64,000 nt of DNA from the sequence record OL780484.1. One strand, written 5' to 3'. Made by a program: the position numbers and the translations under genes. The DNA is from Escherichia phage vB_EcoM-E33. Each line of letters starts with the position of its first letter. Positions within the stretch are counted from its first letter, which is position 1. The notes under the pieces were generated by a model. It was given only the letters and a program-made list of their open reading frames with translations, was not told where the DNA came from and did no database searches. Below, piece by piece: positions 8,516 through 17,317 of this stretch.

Positions 8516-9688
8516 ATGTCTGATTTAAAATCCCGTTTGATTAAAGCTTCTACTTCTAAAATGACCGCCGACCTGACCAAATCTAAATTGTTTAATGGTC
8601 GTGACGAAGTTCCTACTCGTATCCCTATGCTGAATATTGCATTAGGCGGTGCGTTGAATGCAGGCTTACAATCAGGTTTGACAATCTTTGCTGCTCCATC
8701 TAAACACTTTAAAACGTTGTTTGGACTTACCATGGTTGCGGCATATATGAAGAAATATCCAGACGCAATTTGTTTGTTCTATGACTCTGAGTTTGGTGCT
8801 TCAGAATCTTATTTCCGTTCGATGGGTGTTGATTTGGAACGTGTGGTTCATACACCAATCCAGTCAGTCGAACAGCTTAAAGTTGATATGACCAACCAGT
8901 TAGAAGAAATTACTCGTGGCGAAAAGGTTATTATCTTTATCGACTCCATTGGTAACACTGCTTCTAAGAAAGAAACCGAAGATGCTTTGAACGAGAAAGT
9001 TGTAGGTGATATGACTCGTGCTAAATCACTGAAATCTCTGTTCCGTATCGTAACACCTTATCTGACCATCAAAGATATCCCTTGTGTAGCAATTAACCAC
9101 ACGGCTATGGAAATTGGTGGAATGTACCCTAAAGAGATTATGGGTGGTGGTACTGGTATTCTGTACTCTGCTTCTACCGTGTTCTTTATCTCTAAACGTC
9201 AGGTTAAAGATGGTACTGAGCTCACTGGTTATGACTTCACACTGAAGGCCGAGAAATCTCGTACGGTTAAAGAGAAATCAACGTTCCCGATTACAGTGAA
9301 CTTCGAAGGTGGTATCGACCCATTCAGTGGATTGCTTGAAATGGCTACTGATATTGGCTTTGTCGTGAAACCTAAAGCTGGCTGGTATAATCGTGCATTC
9401 CTTGACGAAACCACAGGCGAAATGGTTCAAGAAGAAAAAGCATGGCGTGCTAAAGCTACCGATTGTGTCGAGTTCTGGGGACCGCTGTTTAAACATGCCC
9501 CGTTCCGTGAAGCAATCGAGAATAAGTATAAGCTCGGTGCAATTAATTCTATTAAAGAAGTTGACGATGCAGTGAACGACCTTATTAACTCTCGTGTCTC
9601 TAAGAACGTTGCTGTTAAATTAGGTGGTAATGCCCAAAGCGCCGCTGATATCGAAAACGATTTGGAAGAGATGAATTTAGATGACTGA
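8516..9688 (+). CDS. uvsX: Recombinase UvsX (RecA-like)
   Basis: MSDLKSRLIKASTSK… near-identical N-terminus to T4 UvsX; Walker A GPSKHFKT region; 390 aa. Confidence 0.97.
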   Translation: MSDLKSRLIKASTSKMTADLTKSKLFNGRDEVPTRIPMLNIALGGALNAGLQSGLTIFAAPSKHFKTLFGLTMVAAYMKKYPDAICLFYDSEFGASESYFRSMGVDLERVVHTPIQSVEQLKVDMTNQLEEITRGEKVIIFIDSIGNTASKKETEDALNEKVVGDMTRAKSLKSLFRIVTPYLTIKDIPCVAINHTAMEIGGMYPKEIMGGGTGILYSASTVFFISKRQVKDGTELTGYDFTLKAEKSRTVKEKSTFPITVNFEGGIDPFSGLLEMATDIGFVVKPKAGWYNRAFLDETTGEMVQEEKAWRAKATDCVEFWGPLFKHAPFREAIENKYKLGAINSIKEVDDAVNDLINSRVSKNVAVKLGGNAQSAADIENDLEEMNLDD

Positions 9689-10010
9689 TTTATCTGATTT
9701 AGATAATTTCGTTAAAGATACCGAAGAGGGTCCTAGTGACCCTCGTTATTATGAGAAATCATTAGATATAATCCGTAAGTCAATGGGTTCTGTTAAGCAG
9801 GAAATTATGCTTACTTTACCCGATGGCACTGCTCACATCGTTTATGTGATGAATATTGTTATTGAGAAAGATGGAAAAGTGTCGGTTGATTTCGGAACAC
9901 CTTCCGAAGACCGAAAAGAAGAGCTAGCGCTTCATGTAGAAAAATGTGTTACAATGCAAATACAAGAAGAACTGGATAAAATTAAATCTAAGAGGTGGTG
10001 GAAGTGGTAG
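9681..10010 (+). CDS. 40: gp40 head vertex assembly chaperone homolog
   Basis: 109-aa ORF between uvsX and 41 as in T4. Confidence 0.6.
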   Translation: MTDLSDLDNFVKDTEEGPSDPRYYEKSLDIIRKSMGSVKQEIMLTLPDGTAHIVYVMNIVIEKDGKVSVDFGTPSEDRKEELALHVEKCVTMQIQEELDKIKSKRWWKW

Positions 10011-11434
10011 AAACTATTTTGGCTCAACTGCTAGGCAATAGTGATTATTTCACTAAGGTCTGGCCTTATATGAATGATTCTTATTTTGACCAGGGTCCTG
10101 CAAAGACCCTTTTCAAAGAAATTAAAAAACACGTCAATGAATATAATGCAGTGCCTTCTAAGAACGCATTGAGCATTGCATTAGATAACAGTACGCTTTC
10201 AGAAGTTGAACATCAAGGCGCTAAAGAGCTTTTAAGTTCGCTGAACGCCGGGCCTGAAGACCAAGAATGGTTGGTTAAAGAGACGGAGAAATACGTTCAG
10301 AAAGCAGCGATGTATAATGCAACTTCAAAAATCATTGAAATCCAAACTAATGCCGACCTTCCAGTTGAGCAACAAAATAGAAAACTTCCAGGTATTGGTG
10401 CTATTCCAGATATCATGCGTGATGCATTATCGATTTGTTTCGATTCTGAATTAGGTCATGACTGGATGGATGACTATGAAGAACGATTCAAAAGTTATTC
10501 CGATAAAGCACGTAAGGTTCCGTTCCGTCTTAATATTCTGAATAAGATTACCAAAGGTGGTGCTGAGTTTGGTACTGAAAACGTATTGTTGGCAGGAACA
10601 AACGTAGGTAAGTCTCTTGGTCTTTGTTCATTGGCTGCTGATTACCTTCAATCTGGTTACGATGTTCTTTATATCTCCATGGAGATGGCAGAGGAAGTAT
10701 GTGCTAAGCGTATCGATGCCAACCTTCTGGACGTGTCGCTGGATGATATCGATGATGGTCACGTCTCGTGGCCTGAATATAAAGCTAAGATGGATAAATG
10801 GCGTTCAACTGCTACTTTAGGTCGTTTAAAGATTAAACAGTATCCTACTGGCGGTGCTAATGCCGATACATTCCGTGCATTATTAAACGAATACAAGCTC
10901 AAACAAAACTTTGTCCCACAGGTCGTTATCGTTGACTACTTGGCTATCTGTGCATCGTCTCGTACGAAAGTTTTCTCTGAAAACAGTTACGGATTGATTA
11001 AGATGGTTGCTGAAGAACTACGTGGACTTGCAGTAGAGAAGAAATTACTGTTGTGGACTGCAGCCCAGACTACTCGTGGTGCGAACGTTGCAGCCGAAAT
11101 CGATATGGCCGATATTGCTGAATCCTTTGGTATTGCACATACTGCAGACTTCATGTTGGGTGTGGTCGAGACAGAAGAGTTCGCTCAGATGGGTATGCAG
11201 ATGGTTAAGCAGCTTAAATCTCGTTATGGCGATAAGAGCTACTACAACAAATTTAAGATTGGTGTTAAGAAAGGAAATCAACGTTGGTACGAAGTTGAAG
11301 ATGATTCCAACCCAGGCCCAGTGAACACTGTTCGTGAGGCTACAGGTGAGATGAATCGCCAGGCCGAGGTCAATCGACAGACGCGTGTTAATAGAAGTGA
11401 TTTGGACGATTTAGCAGCATCTATCAAATTTTAA
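10004..11434 (+). CDS. 41: Replicative DNA helicase gp41 (DnaB-like)
   Basis: MVETILAQL… matches T4 gp41 MVEIILSHL…; Walker A GTNVGKS; GTG start at 10004 after SD AAGAGG (ORF track starts upstream at 9995). Confidence 0.93.
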   Translation: MVETILAQLLGNSDYFTKVWPYMNDSYFDQGPAKTLFKEIKKHVNEYNAVPSKNALSIALDNSTLSEVEHQGAKELLSSLNAGPEDQEWLVKETEKYVQKAAMYNATSKIIEIQTNADLPVEQQNRKLPGIGAIPDIMRDALSICFDSELGHDWMDDYEERFKSYSDKARKVPFRLNILNKITKGGAEFGTENVLLAGTNVGKSLGLCSLAADYLQSGYDVLYISMEMAEEVCAKRIDANLLDVSLDDIDDGHVSWPEYKAKMDKWRSTATLGRLKIKQYPTGGANADTFRALLNEYKLKQNFVPQVVIVDYLAICASSRTKVFSENSYGLIKMVAEELRGLAVEKKLLLWTAAQTTRGANVAAEIDMADIAESFGIAHTADFMLGVVETEEFAQMGMQMVKQLKSRYGDKSYYNKFKIGVKKGNQRWYEVEDDSNPGPVNTVREATGEMNRQAEVNRQTRVNRSDLDDLAASIKF

Positions 11435-11456
11435 GGAGCTTCGGCTCCTTTTTTGT
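11433..11456 (+). terminator. Rho-independent terminator (aaggagc-UUCG-gctcctt + T tract)
   Basis: Stem-loop followed by TTTTTGTTTT immediately after gene 41 stop. Confidence 0.6.
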
Positions 11457-11463
11457 TTTAAGG

Positions 11464-11492
11464 GTTTACATCTCCTGTAGGCGTGATACTAT
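11464..11492 (+). promoter_or_regulatory. T4-type early promoter
   Basis: GTTTAC, 17 nt, TGaTACTAT, then CTATCAACT leader. Confidence 0.55.
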
Positions 11493-11516
11493 AGACCTAT
11501 CAACTTGGAGAACAAA

Positions 11517-11834
11517 ATGAAAACCATCGACTGTAAAGCAGAATATAAAGTGTATTATCATGGAAGTTGTAGTGTTGCTAATATCGGTAATATGCTTTGT
11601 CCTCCTGAGGAAACAGGAGTTCTGTCTGAAACCAGTCGTAAGAAAAACCTGAATCGTGTGTTCTTTACTGAAGATATCGGTTTGGCTAAGATTTATGCTG
11701 GACGTGCAGCCCGTTCAGTGGGAGGAGAACCTCGTCTTTATCGTGTAATTGCTCCGGTAGATGTGGTTTGTTTAAATGATACTAAAGGCGCTACGGTTTA
11801 TCATGCTGAATGGGCCTTCTGTGAGGAAATCTAA
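11517..11834 (+). CDS. Hypothetical protein with possible Arr/Tpt1-like ADP-ribosyltransferase fold (105 aa)
   Basis: ATG 11517 after SD GGAG; motifs VYYHGS … RVFFTEDIGLAKIYA … RLYRVIAP loosely resemble rifampin ADP-ribosyltransferase (Arr) family as I recall it. Confidence 0.5.
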   Translation: MKTIDCKAEYKVYYHGSCSVANIGNMLCPPEETGVLSETSRKKNLNRVFFTEDIGLAKIYAGRAARSVGGEPRLYRVIAPVDVVCLNDTKGATVYHAEWAFCEEI

Positions 11835-12038
11835 ATGCCTAAATTAGAGAAAGTAGTGTTTATTGGTTGGTTTGAAAATGGTAATATGTTTACCAAAGAA
11901 ACCGTTCTGGATGTTAGTGACCAAAATATGATTGAATGGGTTACAGTGCAGTATGCAGAAGTGAATAATGCGCTGGTGAAAGCCTTTGTTGATGACAATA
12001 AAGTTTTTGAGTGTGATTACCGTTCTAACGAAAAATAA
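11835..12038 (+). CDS. Hypothetical protein (67 aa)
   Basis: ATG with SD GAGGAAA; ORF track. Confidence 0.5.
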   Translation: MPKLEKVVFIGWFENGNMFTKETVLDVSDQNMIEWVTVQYAEVNNALVKAFVDDNKVFECDYRSNEK

Positions 12039-12098
12039 CAGTTTACATCAAAGGGATAATGCAGTATATTATCCCTATCAACTACCGAGGAGAACATT

Positions 12099-12392
12099 AT
12101 GAAAAAGTTATTAATCGCAGCAATTCTTGCCGTAGCATCATGTGGTACAGCCCCAGTTACTGCTGGACTTGATAAAGACCTTTGTGAATGGTCTATGACT
12201 GCAGACCAAGAATCAGTCGAACATCAGATTTATGCTGATATCATGAACATCACTAAACGTGACCGCCCTGATATGGTTAAAGAAGTGTCAGACCAATTGG
12301 CTTCAAGCGGCGTTATGCAGTATAACTATGTTCTGTATTGTGACGCTAATTTCGATAACAAAAACATCGTTAAAGAGGTGACAGGTGAATAA
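12099..12392 (+). CDS. Putative lipoprotein (lipobox VASC)
   Basis: MKKLLIAAILAVASCG… signal peptide; SD GAGGAG. Confidence 0.6.
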   Translation: MKKLLIAAILAVASCGTAPVTAGLDKDLCEWSMTADQESVEHQIYADIMNITKRDRPDMVKEVSDQLASSGVMQYNYVLYCDANFDNKNIVKEVTGE

Positions 12393-12825
12393 GATTAACA
12401 GAAATTTAGTTATCAAAAAACTTCGTTGTAAAAATCCAAATGCACAGGCATACAGGATGTTTTGGAGCGACGACCACCAATACCTAGGTTATTTTCTTGT
12501 TGATAGTGATGATAGAATTACAATGGCTCATAAACTTCTTAACAGAGAATTAAACCATTGGCAAGAACTTATTGCGGTGAGGTCTAAATTATTTTCATGC
12601 AATACAATGCACCAATTGGTTTATTTTTTCGCCGATGGTATTCCTGACAAGGTTGAGTTTGATGGGTTTGAATTTAAAGACATCCTCCCGGACAACGAAT
12701 TGAACGACTGTGTTAATATGGATATCCCTAGCAAGTATATCAAAAACAGTCTGTTGAAAATTCTGGAAGCTCCGGTTTATTCAATTGACGACCAGATTTT
12801 TAATGCCTTTATGAATCGAGGTTAA
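12385..12825 (+). CDS. Hypothetical protein (146 aa)
   Basis: ORF track; GTG start after SD AAGAGG; AT-rich accessory region. Confidence 0.45.
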   Translation: MNKINRNLVIKKLRCKNPNAQAYRMFWSDDHQYLGYFLVDSDDRITMAHKLLNRELNHWQELIAVRSKLFSCNTMHQLVYFFADGIPDKVEFDGFEFKDILPDNELNDCVNMDIPSKYIKNSLLKILEAPVYSIDDQIFNAFMNRG

Positions 12826-12826
12826 T

Positions 12827-13048
12827 ATGTTTGTTTTAACTCAATTCTCTAAAGCGGTATATGGTTACTCCTGCCAGTGGGAAGTCTTTATCGATTCTCC
12901 TTCACCTAAGTACGGTGTTTTTGGACGAGTAACTACTCAAGCTTATGTTGCACGGCCGACTAAGCGCCAGCTTCGTAAACTTAAAAAGGCCCATCGCCAA
13001 CTGATTGAAAGAAGGGAACAATATGAGTGCAATGTGTACGGGCTCTAA
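12827..13048 (+). CDS. Hypothetical protein (73 aa)
   Basis: ATG after SD GAGG. Confidence 0.45.
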   Translation: MFVLTQFSKAVYGYSCQWEVFIDSPSPKYGVFGRVTTQAYVARPTKRQLRKLKKAHRQLIERREQYECNVYGL

Positions 13049-13214
13049 GATTTCTGTATTCGAGTTATTCGAAGAATATGAAATCATATCAAAAGACCAA
13101 GAAGCTATCCATATTATTGCTGATGATGGTGTGACTTGGATTATTCCACTTTACCACGAAGATACCTATGAAGTCACTGATGCAAATGGTGATAAAGCTA
13201 TTTTCGTAATATAA
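13023..13214 (+). CDS. Hypothetical protein (63 aa)
   Basis: ATG 13023 after SD AAGAAGGGAA; ORF track 13005..13214 same frame. Confidence 0.4.
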   Translation: MSAMCTGSKISVFELFEEYEIISKDQEAIHIIADDGVTWIIPLYHEDTYEVTDANGDKAIFVI

Positions 13215-13217
13215 ATA
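13210..13217 (+). promoter_or_regulatory. T4-type late promoter TATAAATA
   Basis: Exact TATAAATA ~14 nt upstream of SD AGGAG of the small ORF at 13231. Confidence 0.4.
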
Positions 13218-13230
13218 AGGCCAGGAGCCT

Positions 13231-13392
13231 ATGAAATCTTTTAAAGAAGTTATGAACGAAGATATGGTCGCAGGCGATGCAGGTGGTAACCCATCTAATA
13301 TTGCCTCCGGAACTACCTCAGGCGCGGTCGTCAACAAAGGGCCTGAACAAATCCCATCTAAAAAGCGTAAAGAAAAATCCGAAAACGAATGA
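13231..13392 (+). CDS. Small hypothetical protein (53 aa, Gly/Ser-rich, basic C-terminus)
   Basis: ATG 13231 with SD AGGAG; below 60-aa ORF-track cutoff; preceded by TATAAATA. Confidence 0.35.
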   Translation: MKSFKEVMNEDMVAGDAGGNPSNIASGTTSGAVVNKGPEQIPSKKRKEKSENE

Positions 13393-13430
13393 TATAATGG
13401 CTCTATTAATTTAGAGCCCAAGGAAAAATA

Positions 13431-14459
13431 ATGTCATATGTCGATAGAGAATTTGCTGTACGTGCCTTGAATTACCAACCTAAATTCAGACAAGTAACCG
13501 GTAGTGATTTTAAATTAAACTGCCGTTGTCGTGTATGTGGCGACTCCCTAAAAGATGAGAACAAAGCTCGTTTTTGGGCCTATCCGGCCAATGACGGCTC
13601 CGTAATGCTGCACTGTTTTAACTGTGACTATTCAGCAGGAATTAAGAAGTATCTATACGAATATGAGCCTGATTTATATCGAGAATATATTCTTGAGAAA
13701 CATAAAGAGCAATCGTTCGGGAGACAAGCTGCACCTAAGGTGGAGATATCAGAAAAGATTAAAGCCAAGATGCCTGTCATCGAAAAGCTTAATTTCTGTG
13801 AACGTCTGGATAGAATGCCAAAGGACCATCCTATTATCAAATATGTAACACTACGTTGCATTCCTGAAAACAAATGGAATCGCTTATGGTTTACTAAAGA
13901 ATGGCCGGCATTGGTGAACTCTGTCAATCCAGGGACCTATTCTAAAGAAATGCCTGAGCCTCGTTTGGTTATTCCAATTTTCAATAAGAATAAACAAATT
14001 GAAAGTTTTCAGGGTCGAGCCTTACGTAAAGATGCTCCACAAAAATATATTACAATAAAAGCTCATGACCAAGCTACAAAAATATATGGAATGGATACAG
14101 TTGACGAACGTCAGTTGGTGTGGGTAATGGAAGGCCCTATTGACTCTTTGTTTGTTCCGAATGCAATAGCAATTACTGGCGGGTCGTTGGACTTGGCTAT
14201 GGTTCCATGTAAAGAAACTCGTGCCTGGGTAATGGACAATGAACCCCGCCATCCTGACACAATTAAGCGTATGCAACGATTAGTTGATGCTGGCGAAAGG
14301 GTTCTATTCTGGGACAAGGCTCCATGGCCTTCTAAAGATATAAATGATATGATTATGAAAGATAAAGCTGATATAAATGATGTACTGGCATATATGAAAG
14401 CTAATATAGCCCAAGGTCTAATGGCTAAAATGAGACTTTCAAAATATTCTAAAATTTAG
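13431..14459 (+). CDS. 61: DNA primase gp61 (zinc-binding + TOPRIM)
   Basis: 342 aa, same length as T4 gp61; Cys4 zinc motif CRCRVCGDS…CFNC near N-terminus. Confidence 0.9.
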   Translation: MSYVDREFAVRALNYQPKFRQVTGSDFKLNCRCRVCGDSLKDENKARFWAYPANDGSVMLHCFNCDYSAGIKKYLYEYEPDLYREYILEKHKEQSFGRQAAPKVEISEKIKAKMPVIEKLNFCERLDRMPKDHPIIKYVTLRCIPENKWNRLWFTKEWPALVNSVNPGTYSKEMPEPRLVIPIFNKNKQIESFQGRALRKDAPQKYITIKAHDQATKIYGMDTVDERQLVWVMEGPIDSLFVPNAIAITGGSLDLAMVPCKETRAWVMDNEPRHPDTIKRMQRLVDAGERVLFWDKAPWPSKDINDMIMKDKADINDVLAYMKANIAQGLMAKMRLSKYSKI

Positions 14460-14656
14460 GCAGGAACTCCGCTAAAGAATCCAATTATGCTTAATACGTG
14501 TTCCATTGTAACCGCTGGTAAAATTATCCCTTGGCTAGCGGCTACAGGGACTACTAGAAGATTCCAAAGGAATACGTCTAGCGCAAGAAAACCTAACATC
14601 ATTTTCTTGTCTTTCTTTTCGGCCAATTTCCAGATTTGGTAAAAAATACTGCCCAT
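14456..14656 (-). CDS. Small hydrophobic membrane protein (66 aa), antisense to early gene block
   Basis: Strong SD AGGAGG 6 nt before ATG; exact late promoter TATAAATA upstream on - strand; convergent with gene 61 stop. Confidence 0.55.
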   Translation of the reverse strand: MGSIFYQIWKLAEKKDKKMMLGFLALDVFLWNLLVVPVAASQGIILPAVTMEHVLSIIGFFSGVPA

Positions 14657-14677
14657 GTTATCCTCCTGTTAAATTAA

Positions 14678-14685
14678 TATTTATA
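14678..14685 (-). promoter_or_regulatory. T4-type late promoter TATAAATA (minus strand)
   Basis: Reverse complement of tatttata at 14678-14685; ~20 nt upstream of the antisense gene SD. Confidence 0.5.
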
Positions 14686-14718
14686 ACTTGCTTTACAAAT
14701 TAATGATACAATTATCCC

Positions 14719-15375
14719 ATGAATTACGAAAAAATATACCAGGAATTAATATCTAAAGGAAAATTAAGAGGTTCTAAGCGGTCTTTATCATATTATACGG
14801 AAGAACACCATGTTATACCTAGATGTATGAATGGTTCTGATGATAAAAACAATTTAGTTGCTTTATTGCCAAGAGAACACTTTGTAGCTCATAGGCTTTT
14901 AACAAAAATATATCCCGAAGTAAAAGGTCTACATTATGCTGTTAATTTAATGAGATATAATAAAGGAGTTAAATTAACTAGTAGAACTATAGCCACGTTA
15001 AGAGAAAATAACGCTAAAGCATTTTCAGGAAAAAATAACCCGATGTTTGGTAAACCTTCCTGGATTAGAGGGATGAAAACTCCTGAAGAAACTAAAGCCA
15101 AAATGCGCCTGGCTCATAAAGATAAAATTATATCTGATGAAGCCAAGGCCAATATGAGTAAAGCTAGAAAAGGAAGATTTAGTGGTAAAGATTCCCCTAG
15201 ATATGGTTTGCCGAATCCTAGGCGTGGAGAAATATGGAATAGTTACGATATGCTTTACGAATTATGGGTTTACAATAATAAACCTAAACGCACCAAATTT
15301 AATAAAATAGCTGTTGATAATGGATATCCTGATATTTGTTATCGACGAATGATAGAAAACTTTAATAGGAAATAA
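14719..15375 (+). CDS. Free-standing HNH homing endonuclease (218 aa)
   Basis: HNH motif EEHHVIPRCMNGSDDKNNLVALLPREHFVAH; C-terminal repeated GKNNPMFGKP / GKDSPRYGLPNP DNA-binding-like modules; AT-rich coding sequence; inserted between 61 and 56. Confidence 0.8.
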   Translation: MNYEKIYQELISKGKLRGSKRSLSYYTEEHHVIPRCMNGSDDKNNLVALLPREHFVAHRLLTKIYPEVKGLHYAVNLMRYNKGVKLTSRTIATLRENNAKAFSGKNNPMFGKPSWIRGMKTPEETKAKMRLAHKDKIISDEAKANMSKARKGRFSGKDSPRYGLPNPRRGEIWNSYDMLYELWVYNNKPKRTKFNKIAVDNGYPDICYRRMIENFNRK

Positions 15376-15379
15376 TATA

Positions 15380-15901
15380 ATGGCATTTTTTAACGAATGT
15401 AGTGGTTTGATTTCTGGTGTTGATAAAGCTGAGGAAGCTTATTTTAATGCTCTGATTCATGAAGATAAAGACCCTCTGCAGGTTATGCTTGATATGCAGA
15501 AATCATTACAGGTCCGTTTGGCTACTGAAAAATCTGAATTTAACTCTAACCCCGATGAACTGGCTACTGCAGGTCAAGTTGTCGATTGGCTTCGCAACCA
15601 GAAAGATTATATTGATGACGAATTCCGTGAACTGTTGACTTCTCTTGGTGGCATGAGTAATGGTGAGAAAGCCGCATCTAGCGTCTGGAAGCCTTGGAAA
15701 GCTCAGCACGGTGAATTCCGTAACCGTCGTATTGACGAACTCTCTCCTGAAGACCAGCTTGAAATTAAATTCGAGATGATTGATATTCTGCACTTTGTTC
15801 TGAATATGTTCCAAGGTCTTGGTCTGTCAGCCGAAGAAATCTTTAAGTTGTATTACCTGAAAAACGCTGAGAACTTTGCTCGTCAAGACCGAGGTTATTA
15901 A
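15380..15901 (+). CDS. 56: dCTP pyrophosphatase gp56 (MazG-like dCTPase/dUTPase)
   Basis: 173 aa vs T4 gp56 171 aa; synteny; all-alpha NTP-PPase-like sequence. Confidence 0.75.
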   Translation: MAFFNECSGLISGVDKAEEAYFNALIHEDKDPLQVMLDMQKSLQVRLATEKSEFNSNPDELATAGQVVDWLRNQKDYIDDEFRELLTSLGGMSNGEKAASSVWKPWKAQHGEFRNRRIDELSPEDQLEIKFEMIDILHFVLNMFQGLGLSAEEIFKLYYLKNAENFARQDRGY

Positions 15902-16041
15902 TGCCTCGTTTAAATAAACGTCAACTAAAAAAGTTGAATAAGAAAAGGGCGAAAGCCTTTACTGCCTTATTACGTAATGAAATAACTAAAGAAATAGACC
16001 AAGAGATTATTGAACAACTTTGGAAAGCCGCCAAATTGTAA
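15901..16041 (+). CDS. Small basic hypothetical protein (46 aa)
   Basis: ATG overlapping gp56 stop (TAATG); Lys/Arg-rich; unverified. Confidence 0.3.
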   Translation: MPRLNKRQLKKLNKKRAKAFTALLRNEITKEIDQEIIEQLWKAAKL

Positions 16042-16043
16042 GT

Positions 16044-16051
16044 TATAAATA
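16044..16051 (+). promoter_or_regulatory. T4-type late promoter TATAAATA (soc)
   Basis: Exact TATAAATA 32 nt upstream of soc ATG; SD AAGGAG between. Confidence 0.6.
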
Positions 16052-16082
16052 CACCTGTAATTAAACAACAAAGGAGTTAATT

Positions 16083-16316
16083 ATGGGTGGTTTCGTTAAT
16101 ATCAAAACCTTTACACATCCAGCTGGTGAAGGTAAAGAAGTTAAAGGTACTGAGGTTTCGGTTCCGTTTGAGATTTATTCAAACGAGCACCGTATTGCAG
16201 ACTCTCATTATCAGACTTTCCCTTCGGCCGTTGCAGCCTATACTACTGTAGTGACTGATGCAGCCGATTGGCGAACTAAGAACGCAGCAATGTTCACGCC
16301 GACCCCAGTAGTTTAA
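16083..16316 (+). CDS. soc: Small outer capsid protein Soc
   Basis: 77 aa; GFVNIKTF…YQTFPS motifs match T4 Soc; late promoter upstream. Confidence 0.85.
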   Translation: MGGFVNIKTFTHPAGEGKEVKGTEVSVPFEIYSNEHRIADSHYQTFPSAVAAYTTVVTDAADWRTKNAAMFTPTPVV

Positions 16317-16320
16317 TTAT

Positions 16321-16345
16321 AAGGAACCTTCGGGTTCCTTTTTTT
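16321..16345 (+). terminator. Rho-independent terminator (aaggaacc-UUCG-ggttcctt + T7)
   Basis: 8-bp stem, UUCG loop, TTTTTTT tail right after soc. Confidence 0.7.
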
Positions 16346-16411
16346 GGTTTTAAGGGTTTACTTTCTAGGAAGGCCGTGTTAAGATGGTCTTATCTTATAG
16401 AGGAGAACACT

Positions 16412-16621
16412 ATGTTAAATCGTTGGATTAAACCAAATAAAACTTTGGATGAAATTATCGCTAATCATGTATTGAAAAAGTACTTTTATACTCCTTGGTA
16501 TACCGAAGTTATTGTCCATTCATTTATGATGCATGAAGACGGTTCTATCGAATTTAATGCTGAAATCCGTCACGAGACTGATGATAACGATAAAGTTGAA
16601 TTTAAACGAGGTTTCCTATGA
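16412..16621 (+). CDS. Hypothetical protein (69 aa)
   Basis: ATG 16412 after SD AGGAG; early promoter upstream. Confidence 0.45.
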   Translation: MLNRWIKPNKTLDEIIANHVLKKYFYTPWYTEVIVHSFMMHEDGSIEFNAEIRHETDDNDKVEFKRGFL

Positions 16622-16953
16622 TTCGTTGGCTTAAGAATTTTTTCAAGATTACCCCTGGCGAAGGGCCGGTTCCTATTAGTCCATCAGACGTTAAGTTAAG
16701 GGAATATGTTTATGTGGGCGATGGTATGATGGAAGAAGTTATCCGTCAACCTGAAAAAGCCGGTAATGTAGGCCCGGGTGCCCTTCCTTTGAATTCTAAA
16801 AAGTTTAAAGAGCATCTAGAAGCTCGTCGCACAAGCCATATTGATACTACTCCTATTATGGTTGCGGCTGCTGTCAGTTCTTGGACTGGTGATTCTTCTT
16901 ATTCGTCTTATGACTCAGGAAGCTGTGACTCATCGTCCGGCTCGTGTGATTAA
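16618..16953 (+). CDS. Hypothetical protein (111 aa, Ser-rich C-terminus)
   Basis: ORF track; start overlaps upstream stop. Confidence 0.45.
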   Translation: MIRWLKNFFKITPGEGPVPISPSDVKLREYVYVGDGMMEEVIRQPEKAGNVGPGALPLNSKKFKEHLEARRTSHIDTTPIMVAAAVSSWTGDSSYSSYDSGSCDSSSGSCD

Positions 16954-17153
16954 TGAAACCTTTATCATGGCTTAAAGATTGGCTGGACCGTCCTGGTGAT
17001 TATCTTGATGACGGGTGGTTGGACCAAGCTAATGCAGAAATGAAACGCGAGTCCGAAGAATGGATTCTTAAAGGTATCCGTGAAGAACGCGAAAAGAAAT
17101 TAGAACGCGAAGCTCTTAGAATTATGCGTGACATCTATGGGGATAAATCATGA
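16953..17153 (+). CDS. Hypothetical protein (66 aa, charged/coiled-coil)
   Basis: ORF track; start overlaps upstream stop. Confidence 0.4.
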   Translation: MKPLSWLKDWLDRPGDYLDDGWLDQANAEMKRESEEWILKGIREEREKKLEREALRIMRDIYGDKS

Positions 17154-17317
17154 CTACTGAAGAGGCCGAAAAACAAGCTAAAGAGGCACTGGATTTGCTT
17201 CTTAAAATTGGTAGTAAAATGATGAAAGAAAACGAGAAATACATCCAAGAAAATAAAATTCCGGATGGTCCTTTAGTAGGTAAACTAAGAAGAGGAAATC
17301 ATAATGAAAGTTTATGA
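17150..17317 (+). CDS. Small hypothetical protein (55 aa)
   Basis: ATG overlaps upstream stop; below track cutoff. Confidence 0.3.
   Translation: MTTEEAEKQAKEALDLLLKIGSKMMKENEKYIQENKIPDGPLVGKLRRGNHNESL

Noticed and set aside
14689-14712. MotA-box-like TGCTTTA + TACAAT upstream of the HNH endonuclease gene
   Set aside because: The -10 element would lie only ~7 nt from the ATG at 14719, leaving no leader. It may be fortuitous or imply a downstream start, so it is not called as a promoter feature.
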